Notes under the pieces: generated by a model
Database searches by the model: none
What the model was told of the DNA's origin: nothing
What the model saw: only the letters and a program-made list of their open reading frames with translations
Position numbers and translations under genes: made by a program
DNA from: Longimicrobiales bacterium
GTDB lineage: Bacteria; Gemmatimonadota; Gemmatimonadetes; Longimicrobiales; Gaopeijiaceae
DNA: 64,000 bases
Reading direction: 5' to 3'
Assembly (NCBI GenBank): GCA_965203485.1
Contig: OZ241892.1
Coordinates: 896,001-960,000, forward strand
In this document: positions 1 through 10,258 of the stretch, piece after piece
How the letters are laid out: each line of letters begins with the position of its first letter
How positions within the stretch are numbered: position 1 is the first letter of the stretch

Positions 1-8
1 CGCTGGGC

Positions 9-581
9 TTGGCCGCGGGCCCGGGGCCGCGCAAGGCGGGCGGTTCGGGAGAAGATGCCCGGGCGCCGGGCGCCGGGCCCGTTGCAGGCGCCGCCGCCGA
101 AGAGCCGCCGCGAGGCGAGGGCCGCGAGTCGCGCATCGCGGAGCCGCCGGTACCCGGCGCCACGCCCGTCTTCATGGCCTCGGGGAAGGTGGCGGTCGTC
201 GCGCTCGCCGCCGAGGAGGAAGTCGCGGAGCTGCGGCCCGACTTCGGCGCCCTCGGCCGCGTGGAGCTGCCGGCCGGTCTCATGGGAGTGGCCGTGACCG
301 CGCCGGGCGCGGCGGCGGCGGTGGACTTCGTGTCCCGGTTCTTCGGGCCGTGGGTGGGAGTGGACGAGGATCCCGTGACGGGGGTGGCGCACACGGCCCT
401 GGCGCCGTACTGGGCGGCGGCGCTGGGCAAGACGGAGATGGCGGCCCGGCAGCGTTCTGCCCGCGGCGGCGAACTCGTGGTGCGGGCCTTGGGCGAGCGG
501 GTCGAGCTGGCGGGCGGCGCGGCGACCGTCGCCTCCGGCTCCTTGGTGCGTCCGAGCGCGCGGGCGCCGAAACGCGGCTGA
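9..581 (+). CDS. PhzF-family isomerase/epimerase, C-terminal part (gene probably begins upstream of the window)
   Basis: DFVSRFFGPWVGVDEDPVTGVAHTALAPYW and Q-x-S-A-R-G-G-E-L match PhzF/YddE C-terminal motifs; no N-terminal domain in the window. Confidence 0.85.
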   Translation: MAAGPGPRKAGGSGEDARAPGAGPVAGAAAEEPPRGEGRESRIAEPPVPGATPVFMASGKVAVVALAAEEEVAELRPDFGALGRVELPAGLMGVAVTAPGAAAAVDFVSRFFGPWVGVDEDPVTGVAHTALAPYWAAALGKTEMAARQRSARGGELVVRALGERVELAGGAATVASGSLVRPSARAPKRG

Positions 582-663
582 CGATCGGGCGGCCGCCGCT
601 TCCCGCGCCGGACGCTGGCAGGACCGGCGCCGGCGGCCCTCGGGCCGTGCCCGGCAAGCGTCT

Positions 664-2589
664 TCAGTCGGGCTCGAAGGAGTCCTTGCAGAGGGTCGCG
701 AGGGCCGGGTCCTGTTCGTCCTTGCGGAGGAAGCAGTCGCCGACGGCGAGGCAGTCCATCTCGGTGCCCATGAAGCAGCGAAAGGCGTCGGCGGGCGTGC
801 ACACGATCGGCTCTCCGCGGACGTTGAAGCTCGTGTTCACGAGCACGGGGCAACCCGTCCGGGCCTTGAACGCTTCGAGCAGCGCGTGGTAGCGGGAATT
901 GGTTTCCGCGTGCACGGTCTGGACGCGGGCCGAGGAATCCACGTGGGTCACGGCCGGTATCTCGGAACGGGGGACTTGCAGCTTGTCGACGCCGAACAGG
1001 CCCCGTGGCTCCTCCGGCCGCCGCCGTCGTTCGGCCACGCTTGCCACGATCAGCATGTAGGGACTGTCCCGGTCCAGTTCGAACCACTCCGAGGCGTCGG
1101 ACCCCAGCACGCTCGGCGCAAAGGGCCGGAAGGACTCCCTGAACTTGACCTTGAGGTTGAGCGTTCGCTGCATCGCGGGCTCGCGCGGATCGCCCAGGAT
1201 CGAGCGCGCGCCCAACGCCCGCGGGCCGAACTCCATGCGTCCTTGGAACCAGCCCACGACTTGGCCGCCGACGAGCGCGTCCACGGTCGTTTCGACGAGC
1301 GCGTCCTCCGAGAGCACGTGGTAGCGCGCACCGGCGTGGTCCAGGGCGCGGGCTACCGCCTCCTGCCCGAACTCCGGCCCCAAGAAGGCGCCCCGCATGG
1401 CGTCGCTCGTGGCGGTTGCGGGCGCCGGCTGCGGGCGCTCCACGTCGGCCGGCGCGCTCTGCCGGCCACCGTCGGCCGGCGTCTCTGCCCGCGCGGGCCT
1501 CGCGCCTTCGCCCAGTTGCCGCTCCGCTCCCAGCATGCCGTGCGACGCCAGCAGGGCGGCTCCCAGCGCTCCCCCCGCGTCGCCCGCCGCCGGTTGGATC
1601 CAGACGTCGGCGAAGCGCCCGTCGCGCAACGCCCGGCCGTTGGCCACGCAGTTGAGCGCCACGCCGCCGGCCAAGCAGAGACGTGGAAGCCGCGTTTCCC
1701 GGCGCAGCCAGCGCGTCAGCCGCAGCACCGCCTCCTCCACGACTGCCTGCACCGACGCGGCCAAGTCCATGTGACGTTGAGCCAGCGGTTCCGACGACGA
1801 GCGGGCAGGCCCGCCGAACAGCGCGTCGAAGCGGCGGTTGGTCATCTTGAGGCCCGTGCAGTAGTCGAACCAGTCGAGATCGAGACGAAAGCTGCCGTCT
1901 GGCTTGAGATCGATCAGGTTCTCCAGGATCGTCTGGGCGTAGACGGGCTCGCCGTAGGGAGCCAGTCCCATGACCTTGTACTCGCCGGAGTTGACGCGAA
2001 AGCCGGTGTAGTGGGTGAACGCCGAGTAGAGGAGCCCCAAGGAGTGCGGAAAGTGGACCTCGCTGATCAGCTCCAGCTCCGTTCCGCGGCCCACGGCGGC
2101 GCTCGTGGTGGCCCACTCGCCAACGCCGTCCATCGTGAGCACCGCCGCCTCGCGAAACGGCGAAGGATAGAAGGCGCTGGCCGCATGAGAGTGGTGATGC
2201 TCCGCGAACAGCAGGCGGGCGCGCCAGTCGATCTCGGCGTCGAGAGCCTCCAGCTTGCGCAGCAGCAGGCCCTTCTGGAACAGCTTCTCCTTGATCCAGA
2301 CGGGCATGGCCTTCGCGAACGAGCGAAAGCCCCGGGGCGCAAAGGCGACGGCGGTCTCCAACAACCGCTCGAACTTCAGGAACGGCTTGTCGTAGAAGAC
2401 GACGCGATCGAGTTCCCGCGGAGCGACGCCGCCGTGCTCCAGGCACCAAGCCACCGCTTGTTCCGGGAAGGATGCGTCGTGCTTCATGCGCGTGAAGCGC
2501 TCTTCCTGCGCGGCCGCGACGATTCGGCCCCCGTGCACCAAGGCGGCGGCGCTGTCGTGGTAGAACGCCGAAACGCCTAGGACGCGCAT
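664..2589 (-). CDS. Carbamoyltransferase, NodU/CmcH family (SxtI-like)
   Basis: N-terminal LGVSAFYHDSAAAL and AAAQEERFTR; EHHHSHAASAFY; GEYKVMGLAPYG; GRMEFGPRALGARS; KFRESFRPFAP; NTSFNVRGEPIV. Confidence 0.95.
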   Translation of the reverse strand: MRVLGVSAFYHDSAAALVHGGRIVAAAQEERFTRMKHDASFPEQAVAWCLEHGGVAPRELDRVVFYDKPFLKFERLLETAVAFAPRGFRSFAKAMPVWIKEKLFQKGLLLRKLEALDAEIDWRARLLFAEHHHSHAASAFYPSPFREAAVLTMDGVGEWATTSAAVGRGTELELISEVHFPHSLGLLYSAFTHYTGFRVNSGEYKVMGLAPYGEPVYAQTILENLIDLKPDGSFRLDLDWFDYCTGLKMTNRRFDALFGGPARSSSEPLAQRHMDLAASVQAVVEEAVLRLTRWLRRETRLPRLCLAGGVALNCVANGRALRDGRFADVWIQPAAGDAGGALGAALLASHGMLGAERQLGEGARPARAETPADGGRQSAPADVERPQPAPATATSDAMRGAFLGPEFGQEAVARALDHAGARYHVLSEDALVETTVDALVGGQVVGWFQGRMEFGPRALGARSILGDPREPAMQRTLNLKVKFRESFRPFAPSVLGSDASEWFELDRDSPYMLIVASVAERRRRPEEPRGLFGVDKLQVPRSEIPAVTHVDSSARVQTVHAETNSRYHALLEAFKARTGCPVLVNTSFNVRGEPIVCTPADAFRCFMGTEMDCLAVGDCFLRKDEQDPALATLCKDSFEPD

Positions 2590-2609
2590 CGGGCCCGCGG
2601 CGGGATTCG

Positions 2610-2780
2610 TCAGAAGAGCGTGTAGACCATCGGCGCGACGGTGCTGCCTTGGGCCAGCACGACAAGCCCGCCGATCACCAGCAGGACGACGATGACCGGA
2701 AACAGCCAGTACTTCTTGCGCACGCGAAGGAAGCCCCAGAACTCGCGCAGGAACTGCAGGGGCGCCGTCAAGATGCTCAT
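2610..2780 (-). CDS. Small membrane protein, DUF5989/SxtK-like
   Basis: 56 aa; FLREFWGFLRVRKKYWLFP followed by a TM helix and APMVYTLF; located directly upstream of the carbamoyltransferase; ATG at 2780. Confidence 0.85.
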   Translation of the reverse strand: MSILTAPLQFLREFWGFLRVRKKYWLFPVIVVLLVIGGLVVLAQGSTVAPMVYTLF

Positions 2781-2829
2781 TCGCTCGGCTCCATCGTCGT
2801 CTCGCGGCAAGACGAAGACGACGGCTAGG

Positions 2830-3270
2830 CTAGAACTGGTTCTTCAACGACTCGGGCCCAGGCCCCGGGGGATCCCGGACGATCCAGTAGCTGTCGGCTT
2901 CCGGGTCCAGCCTCAGAGAAAGTATATCCTTGCCGAAAAGGCGCAGCAACAGACCCGTGGGCGTGACCGCCAAGAAGTAGACCAGTCCCAGCGCCACGGG
3001 ACTCGCGAAGCGATGAAGGATCATGCCCACGCGGAACCAGACCCGGTTGAGCGGCGCCAGGCGCCGCGGCGCGACCGCGGCGACCACGGCGAAGACGGCG
3101 GCCGTTGCGAGCGCCCATGTCCTGGGCGGGGAGCTCCAGATCGCCGGCCACAAGCCCACGCCTGCGGCCAAGGCGCAGAAGACGAAGCCGAAGGCCCGGT
3201 TGGACCCGGGCTCCGGCGCGCCTTCGTGGCCCGACATCTCGAGGGCGGGGGACGTCTGCGTGGGTCTCAT
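2830..3270 (-). CDS. SxtJ-family membrane protein
   Basis: SNRAFGFVF, APLNRVWFRVGMIL, VYFLAVTPTGLLLRLFGKD, SYWI and C-terminal LKNQF; start uncertain (3312, 3270 or 3237). Confidence 0.85.
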   Translation of the reverse strand: MRPTQTSPALEMSGHEGAPEPGSNRAFGFVFCALAAGVGLWPAIWSSPPRTWALATAAVFAVVAAVAPRRLAPLNRVWFRVGMILHRFASPVALGLVYFLAVTPTGLLLRLFGKDILSLRLDPEADSYWIVRDPPGPGPESLKNQF

Positions 3271-3713
3271 GAGCGGAAGGGTGGCGTCTCGCAGGGCGGG
3301 CCTGGGGTTCATCGAGCGTCGGTCGTGGCCGCCGGTTCCGGCCAAGGCGGAACCTCGCGCGGGCGGGCGACGACGGTGAGACCGGTCCCGCGCCCCCGGC
3401 GCGGTCGCAACATACCCTGGAACGCCTCGGCCCATCAAGCCACGGGAACTCTCCCTTCTCCGCCCGCGCCGACGGCTTGCGGGGCTGGCGACCGCCGCAG
3501 CTTGCCTTCTCCGCCTGCGCCCGCGTCGGCCCGCGAGATTTCGGGCTGGCGGGCGCCGTCTTGAATCGCGCAACTGCCCGGTGCATCTTCCCCGGCACGA
3601 GCCGCGCGCGCTCCGCCTTGCGCCGCGTCGCGCGCCCTGGCGGCCGGTGCGCCCCGGGGGGGACTCGTCTTCGCGCCGAGCCGCCCCCGTCCCTCAACCC
3701 GACGACGACGCCC

Positions 3714-4697
3714 ATGTTCGGCGCCAAGCTGGACTACCTCCTGTTGCGGCCTCTGGCGCGTCGGCCGGCCGAGGCGGACCGGACGGACAAAGCCGACCCC
3801 AACGCGCACGCCTCGGCAGGCTCGGGCGCGCCATGGCCGCCGGGTGCCGAGGAGGAGGCGCTGGAGGTCGGGGCGGCCCGCCTCCGAAAGTTCAACCGGC
3901 GGGTCGGCGGCGGCATTCCGCTCGAAAGGCGCCTCAGCTACCTGGACATCGGTTGCGGGCCGGGCGACATGACGGTGGCCCTGGCCTTGGAGAGCGGCGG
4001 CGTGGTGCACGGCGTGGACGTCAATCCGCAGTACGTGGAGACCGCCCGCAGGCTCGCGCGGGCAGCGTCCCTGGACCCGGCGCGCGTGCAGTTCGAGTGC
4101 GCGGACTACGCCGGGTCGGCGGCGGCCGGCGGCGCCTTTGACGTCGTGCTGAGCCACGAAGCGCTCGAGCACTACGCCGACCCGCGTGCGTTCCTGGCGC
4201 AGGTGCGGTCCATGCTGCAAGGGCCCGGCGCCCGCTTGGTCATGGGCTTCGGCCCTCTGTTCCATTCGCCGCTGAACGTGCACGTCACCGATGCGCTGAA
4301 GGTGCACCTTCCGTGGTGCCCGCTGCTCTTCTCGGAGAGGGCGCTGCTGCGGCTGCGCAGCGAGTTCTGGCGGCCGCGCGATCCGGTGGACGCTTGGGAG
4401 GACGTCGAAGGCGGGCTCAACCGCATGCGCTACGGGGAGTTCCTGCGGTGGATCGACGAGCTGGGCTACGCCGCCGAGCACATGGAGGTCAACTGCCAAC
4501 TCAAGCGGTGGTGGCCGCTGTGGGCGCTCTCGTCGGCGCTGGTGCGAGCGCCCGGGTTGCGCGACTACTTCGCCGCTTCGGTGTTCGCCGTGCTTCGTTT
4601 GGGGCGCCCGGGCGCCGGGCGCTCTCCATCCGCGGTCGTCAGCGAGCCGCATCGCCCTCCGCGTCCGCCGGGCGCACTGCCACGGGGCACACCTTGA
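3714..4697 (+). CDS. Class I SAM-dependent methyltransferase
   Basis: Motif I YLDIGCGPG, VHGVDVN, FDVVLSHEALEH; ATG at 3714; 3' end overlaps the end of the FDH alpha gene on the opposite strand. Confidence 0.85.
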   Translation: MFGAKLDYLLLRPLARRPAEADRTDKADPNAHASAGSGAPWPPGAEEEALEVGAARLRKFNRRVGGGIPLERRLSYLDIGCGPGDMTVALALESGGVVHGVDVNPQYVETARRLARAASLDPARVQFECADYAGSAAAGGAFDVVLSHEALEHYADPRAFLAQVRSMLQGPGARLVMGFGPLFHSPLNVHVTDALKVHLPWCPLLFSERALLRLRSEFWRPRDPVDAWEDVEGGLNRMRYGEFLRWIDELGYAAEHMEVNCQLKRWWPLWALSSALVRAPGLRDYFAASVFAVLRLGRPGAGRSPSAVVSEPHRPPRPPGALPRGTP

Positions 4698-7428
4698 GCT
4701 CGGCCGTCATCGTGACGGGGTCGTAGCCGCCGCCCGTCAGCACGTTGACCGGGACGTCGTCGAACGAGAACGACGCGAAGACCGTGCCGCGCGGCGACCG
4801 GTCGGTGGCGCGCACCTTGATCCTCACGCTCCCCCGCGCGCTGGTCATCTCCGCCCATCCGCCGTCTTCCAGTGCCCACGCCTCGACGTCGGCCGGATGC
4901 ACCTCCAGCTCCTCCTCGGCCGCCAGATACTCGATTCCGGCGGCGCGCCCCGTCTGCGTGCGCGTGTGGTACGACGGCAACCGGCGTCCCGTGGTCAACC
5001 AGACCGGGAACTCGTCCGACACCGTCTCGGCCGGGTCCCGGTACTCGGTGAGGCTGAATATCCCCCGTCCGTTGACGAACTCGCCTTCGTGCAGGCGAGG
5101 CGTGCCGGGATGGTCCGCGTGCGGCACCGGCCAGTGGTACTCGCCGTGCTCTATCCTGTCCCAGTTCAGCCCTGCGTAGGTCGGCGACAAGCTGCACAGC
5201 TCGTTGAACACCTCCTCGGCCGAGCCGAACTCGAAGCCCTTCCATCCCAAGCGTTGCGCCAGCCTCGAGACTATCCACCAGTCCGGCCGCGCCTCGCCGG
5301 CCGGCGGCACGGCCGCTCGGAGCCGCTGCACGCGGCGCTCGGTGTTCGCGCACACGCCGTCGGTTTCGGCCCATGCCGTCGCGGGGAACACCACGTCGGC
5401 CAGCTCGGCGGTCTCGGTCATGAACAGGTCGATCACCACCAAGAAGTCCAAGCTCTTCAGGGCGTGCTCGCAGTGCCTGCGGTCGGGGTCCGACACCACG
5501 GTGTTCTCGCCGTTTATGATCATGGCCCGAATGCGGCCGCCGGCAAGCTCGAGCGCCGTGACCTTCGTCATGCCCTCCTCCAAGTCGGTCTCGCGCCCGT
5601 AGGCTCTGCGGAACTTCGCCTGCGCCGCCGGGTCGGTCACGGGCTGAAATCCCGGGTAGTTGTTGGGGATCGCACCCGAGTCCCCGGCCCCTTGAATGTT
5701 GTTCTGCCCGCGCATGGGGTTCACGCCGGTGCCCTCGCGGCCGAAGTTGCCGGTGAGCAGCGCCAAGTTGCACAGGCTCTTCACGTTGTCCACGCCGCAG
5801 ACGTGCTCGGTGATGCCCAAGGTGTAGTAGATGGCGCCCCGCTCGGCCCGCCCGTAGAGCGCCGCCGCCGCCTCGATGTCGCCCGGCGGCACCTCGCAGA
5901 TCTCCGACGCCCACTCGCAGGTGCGCGTCCGCACGTGCTCGAGGAAGGCGTCGCCGCCCTGCGTGCGCCGGGCCATGAACTCCTCGTCGGCAAGCCCTTC
6001 TCGGACGATCACGTGCGCCATCGCCAGCAAGAGCGGCACGTCCGATCCCACCCGGATCGGCAGGTGGATGTCGGCCAGGTCGGCCAGCGGAACCCGGCGC
6101 GGGTCGGCCACGATCAGGCGCGCACCCCGAGCCAGTGCCTTCTTCAGCCGCGTGGCCGCCACGGGATGGCATTCCGTCATGTTGGTGCCGATGCAGAACA
6201 TGACGTCGGCCTTCTCCATGTCGGCCAGCGGGTTCGACATCGCCCCGCGTCCGATGGTTGCCGCCAGACCGGCGACTGAGGGAGCGTGTCAGGCTCGGCT
6301 GCAGTTGTCTATGTGGTTCGTGCCCAGGCCCGCGCGGATGAAGCGCTGCATCATGTAGGCCGCCTCGTGGGGCGCCCTGCCGGACGCGACGCCGTAGACG
6401 GCGTGGCGGCCGTGCTCCTGGATCGCGCGCCCCAGTCCTTCGGCGGCCCGGTCCAGCGCCTCGTCCCACGAAGCCGGCCGTAGTTCGCCCGTCGCGCGGT
6501 CGCGCACGAACGGCGTGGCCAGACGATCGGCATGATGGACGAAGTCGAACGCGAACTGCCCCTTCACGCAGAGCGCGCCTTCGTTCGCGGGACCGTCCAT
6601 CGCCGGCAGCACGGCGACCACCTTGTCGCCGCGCGAAAGCACGTCCACCGAGCAGCCCACGCCGCAGTAGGTGCAGACCGTGCGCGTCGTCTTCGTCTCG
6701 CCGGCCGCGTTGCGGTTCGCCAACGCCTTCAGGTCGCCCAGCGCGCCGGTCGGGCAGGTCTGCACGCACTGTCCGCAGAACGTGCACGCCGAGTCCTTGA
6801 GAAGCCCTTCGAACTCGGTCGTGATCTGCGTGCGAAAGCCTCGGTTCATCACCGCGATGGCGTAGTCGCCCTCCTGCTCGGCGCAGACGCGCACGCACCG
6901 GTAGCACGAGATGCAGTTCTCGTAGTCGCGCCCGATGAAGGGGTTGTCGTCGTCCGGGCGGCTTCGGCCCGAGCGCGCGCCTTGGAACCGTCCGCTCCGG
7001 GCGCTGTAGCGGTCCAGAAGCACGGCCATCTCCTGCGACGCGTAGCCGTGCAGCGGGTCCACGTCGAGGTCCCGGTTCTCGGACGCCACCATCTCCATGA
7101 GCGTGCGCCGGTGCTCCTCGATCTTCGCAGTGTGCGTGCGCACCACCATCCCCGCCTCGGCCCGGATTGCGCACGACGCCACGGGATTGCGCTGTCCATC
7201 CATCTCGACCACGCACAGCCTGCAGCCCCCGAACGGCTCCAGGCGAGGGTCGTAGCACAACGTCGGCACGTCGCGTCCGCCCCGGCTGGCGACCTCGTAG
7301 ATGGTCTCGCCGCGAACGAACGCCAACCGCTCGCCGTCCACGACCATCGAGCCGCCATCCCCGTCCCCGGTGGCGGCGGCGCCTCGGTCGCGCGCGCCGC
7401 CGGCCCCGTTCTTCCTTGCTTCGCTCAC
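4639..7428 (-). CDS. fdhF: Formate dehydrogenase alpha subunit (Mo/W-bisPGD, N-terminal 2Fe-2S and 4Fe-4S domains), selenocysteine at UGA 6291-6289
   Basis: ORFs 6289..7428 and 4639..6240 are in the same frame and join across TGA to read HIDNCSRA-U-HAPSVAGL; Fe-S motifs CRLC, CISCYRC, CTFCGQC, CTYCGVGC; RGQNNIQGA; GTG start overlaps the upstream stop (GTGA). Confidence 0.92.
6260..6291 (-). promoter_or_regulatory. UGA-Sec codon and bacterial SECIS-like hairpin
   Basis: Minus strand reads TGA CAC GCT CCC TCA GTCGCC GGTCT GGCGGC; stem GTCGCC/GGCGGC with GGTCT loop starts 12 nt after the UGA, similar to the E. coli fdhF SECIS layout. Confidence 0.8.
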
Positions 7429-9101
7429 CCGTCCTCCACTCGCTGGCGCACCTGTTCGGGAAAATACCGCATCAGGCTCTCGGTGAGCAGCGGCGCCGCC
7501 TGTCCCAAGCCGCACGCGCTCGTTTCCTTCATCGTCCTGTTCAGATCGGCGACCTCGCCGGTCCATTCGTCGAAGCCCGGCGGCCCTCCGCCGTCCAGCC
7601 GCTCGACGAGGCGCTGCGTCCCGATCCGGCAAGGAAAGCACTTTCCGCAAGACTCGTCGGCGAAGAACTGCATCGCGTTGCGCGTCGCCGCGACCATGTC
7701 GCGCGAGTCGTCGAACACGATGATGCCGCCCGCGCCCAGGAAGCTGCCCAGGCCGCGCAGGCAAGGTTCGTCGAGGGTCGCGCCGAAGTCGCGTTCGCCC
7801 AGAAAGCCGCCCGACAGCCCGGCCATCGTTGCGGCCTGGAAGCGGCGCCCGGCCGGCGGCCCTCCGCACCAGCCGTGGAGCAGCTCCGCCAGCGGCAACC
7901 CGACCGGCGCCTCGTAGTTGCCGGGCCGGCGAACGTCGCCGGACACGCTGAGCACCTTGGCGCCCGCGTGTTCGCCGCGTCCGAGGCCGCGGTACCAGTC
8001 GGGCCCGCGGGCGAGCACCGGGGGGACCGAGGCCAGCGTCTCCACGTTGTTCACGACGGTGGGGAGGTTCTCGTAGCCGTGGGTCACGGGGAAGGGCGGG
8101 CGGTTGCGGGGAAAGGGCCGCCGGCCCTCCAGCGAGTTCAGCAGAGACGTTTCTTCGCCGCAGATGTAGGCCCCCGCTCCCCGCCGGAGCACGACGCGGA
8201 AGGAGAACGTGCTCCCCAGGATGCCCGGTCCCAGCAGTCCCGCGTGCTCCGCTTCCGCAATGGCGCGGCCCAGGACGCGGTGGGCGCCGGGATACTCGCA
8301 GCGGAGATAGACGAACCCCCGCTCCGCGCCCGTGGCGTAGCCCGCCAGCAGCATGCCCTCGATCACCGCGTGCGGATCGTAGTCCATGAGGACCCGGTCC
8401 TTGAAGCATCCCGGCTCGCCCTCGTCCGCGTTGCAGACGATGGTCTTGGGCGACCCCGGCGCCTCCAGGACGGCCCGCCACTTGCGGCCCGTCGGAAATC
8501 CGGCGCCGCCGCGTCCGGTCAGCCCGCTCCGGTCCGCCTGGTCGATCACCTGTTCCGGCGTCATCTCGAAGACGGCCTTCGCGAGCGCTTCGTAGCCGCC
8601 TTGGCGCCGGTACTCCTCCAGACGGGCGCGTCCCGGCGTCCGGATTCCCGCGAACACGCACTCTTCGGCGCCGGGAGCGGGATCCGGAGGCAACGGCGAT
8701 GCAATGCTCAGAAGGGAGCCGTCCGGGCCGCCCGTCAGAACGGCGTCGGAGACGAGGACCGGCACCGGCGCGTCGCACCGGCCCGGGCAGGGCATCGGGG
8801 CCGGGTCTTGGCCGGAGCCCCTGAGCCTGGCCATGAGCCGGTCGGCGCCTGCCAGTCGGCAAACGGGGCCGTCGCACACGCGGGGGCGGGCGCCCTGCTC
8901 GGGGTCGCGCGCGAAGTGGTGATAGAAGGTGACCGTGCCGAAGAGTTCGGCGATTGGAATGTCCAGTCCGGCCGCGACGGCCCGAAGCGCGTCCTCCGAG
9001 AGATGGCCGTCCCGGCGATGGAATTCGTGCAGCAACGGCAGGAGCGGTGCGGGGCGGCGCCTCCACCTGGCCACGAGTTCGTTGTCTGAGGCGGCCGGCA
9101 T
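7425..9101 (-). CDS. NAD-linked FDH diaphorase subunit, fused NuoE-like (2Fe-2S) and NuoF-like (FMN/NADH, 4Fe-4S) domains
   Basis: N-terminal LLPLLHEFH, TVTFYHHF, VCDGPVC, CPGRC; then GRGGAGFPTG, CNADEGEPG, GAYICGEETSL, ESCGKCFPCRIG, SACGLG; ATG 9101 preceded by GGAAGGAAG. Confidence 0.9.
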   Translation of the reverse strand: MPAASDNELVARWRRRPAPLLPLLHEFHRRDGHLSEDALRAVAAGLDIPIAELFGTVTFYHHFARDPEQGARPRVCDGPVCRLAGADRLMARLRGSGQDPAPMPCPGRCDAPVPVLVSDAVLTGGPDGSLLSIASPLPPDPAPGAEECVFAGIRTPGRARLEEYRRQGGYEALAKAVFEMTPEQVIDQADRSGLTGRGGAGFPTGRKWRAVLEAPGSPKTIVCNADEGEPGCFKDRVLMDYDPHAVIEGMLLAGYATGAERGFVYLRCEYPGAHRVLGRAIAEAEHAGLLGPGILGSTFSFRVVLRRGAGAYICGEETSLLNSLEGRRPFPRNRPPFPVTHGYENLPTVVNNVETLASVPPVLARGPDWYRGLGRGEHAGAKVLSVSGDVRRPGNYEAPVGLPLAELLHGWCGGPPAGRRFQAATMAGLSGGFLGERDFGATLDEPCLRGLGSFLGAGGIIVFDDSRDMVAATRNAMQFFADESCGKCFPCRIGTQRLVERLDGGGPPGFDEWTGEVADLNRTMKETSACGLGQAAPLLTESLMRYFPEQVRQRVEDG

Positions 9102-9310
9102 CTTCCTTCCATGGCTCTCGGTCTGCGGTTCAGGAGCGCGGTCCTTCGGCGGCGCGCGCGCCCGGTCGTCCCGCGTGAACATATGTTTGCGTCTGGGGCC
9201 GGGCAAACGGTCCGGTCAGCCGGCCCGGTGGCTCCGCGCCGTCCGCGGCCTAGAATAGAAGACGAGACGGGTGCAGGACGCGAGGGCGTCGATCGAAAGC
9301 GGGCGCGGCC

Positions 9311-10258
9311 ATGGCCATGACGGGACGCAGGAGAACGGCGCGGGTCCGTTCCGGGCGCGTGCGCGCGGAAATGTTTCGCAACCGCGCCGACCACGTAGCG
9401 ACCGAGGAGCCGCTCGAAATTCGCGTCGAGGAGCCCGCGGCCGCCGGGGTGCGCGAGCACGTCGTGGCCGTCACGATGCGCACCCCAGGCGACGACTTCG
9501 AGCTGGCCGCCGGCTTTCTGTTCACGGAAGGAGTGGTGCCGGATCCGGCGGCGATCGCGGACGTTCGCTACTGCAGCGGCACGGATCCGCAGCAGTACAA
9601 TGTCGTCACGGTCGCGTTGCGCGACGCGGGCGCCTTCGATCCTGCGACGCTGACGCGCAACTTCTACGTCGGGTCGTCGTGCGGCGTCTGCGGCAAGGCG
9701 TCGCTGGACGCGGTGGAAGTGCGGGGTTGCAGGCCGGCGGCCGGCGGCTTCAGGATCCGCGACGGCGTTCTGCGGGGCGTGCCCGACGGGCTGAAGCCGT
9801 CGCAGCGGGTGTTCGGCCGCACCGGCGGAATCCACGCGGCTGGGCTCTTCGGCCGGGACGGCGAGGTCCGGCTGGTGCGCGAGGACGTGGGGCGGCACAA
9901 CGCCGTGGACAAGGTCGTCGGCGCGCTGGCGCTGGCAGGGACTTTGCCCGAGACGGAGGCCGGGCTGGTGGTGTCCGGGCGATCCTCGTTCGAGATCCTT
10001 CAGAAGGCCGCGATGGCTGGGTTCCCGATGATCGTCGCCGTGGGTGCGCCGTCGAGCCTGGCCGTCGACTTCGCGCGCCGCTTCGGCATGACGCTCGTGG
10101 GCTTCGCGAAGCGCAGCGGCTACAACGTGTACGCGGGCTCGGAACGCATCGACGACCTGGACCGGCTGAGCCGGGTGGACGCGGTCGCGCCGGGAGCCGG
10201 GCCGCGGGCGGCGTCGGAACCGGTGCGGCCGGCGGACCGCGGGCGCCGGGCGACGTGA
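9311..10258 (+). CDS. fdhD: Formate dehydrogenase accessory sulfurtransferase FdhD
   Basis: EEPLEI, TMRTPG, LAAGFLFTEG, SSCGVCG, TGGIHAAGL, EDVGRHNAVDK. Confidence 0.95.
   Translation: MAMTGRRRTARVRSGRVRAEMFRNRADHVATEEPLEIRVEEPAAAGVREHVVAVTMRTPGDDFELAAGFLFTEGVVPDPAAIADVRYCSGTDPQQYNVVTVALRDAGAFDPATLTRNFYVGSSCGVCGKASLDAVEVRGCRPAAGGFRIRDGVLRGVPDGLKPSQRVFGRTGGIHAAGLFGRDGEVRLVREDVGRHNAVDKVVGALALAGTLPETEAGLVVSGRSSFEILQKAAMAGFPMIVAVGAPSSLAVDFARRFGMTLVGFAKRSGYNVYAGSERIDDLDRLSRVDAVAPGAGPRAASEPVRPADRGRRAT

Noticed and set aside
9..581. Phenazine biosynthesis cluster
   Set aside because: A lone PhzF-like homologue is common and no other phz genes are visible in the window
664..3270. Saxitoxin biosynthesis cluster
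   Set aside because: Only the widespread sxtI/J/K-like trio is present; core genes such as sxtA and sxtG are absent from the window
6240..6291. FDH alpha as a pseudogene or two separate genes
   Set aside because: The stop is UGA at the catalytic Sec/Cys position, the frame continues and a SECIS-like hairpin follows
9229..9256. Sigma70 promoter for fdhD
   Set aside because: TAGAAT is a good -10 but the -35 match is weak, so it was not listed as a feature
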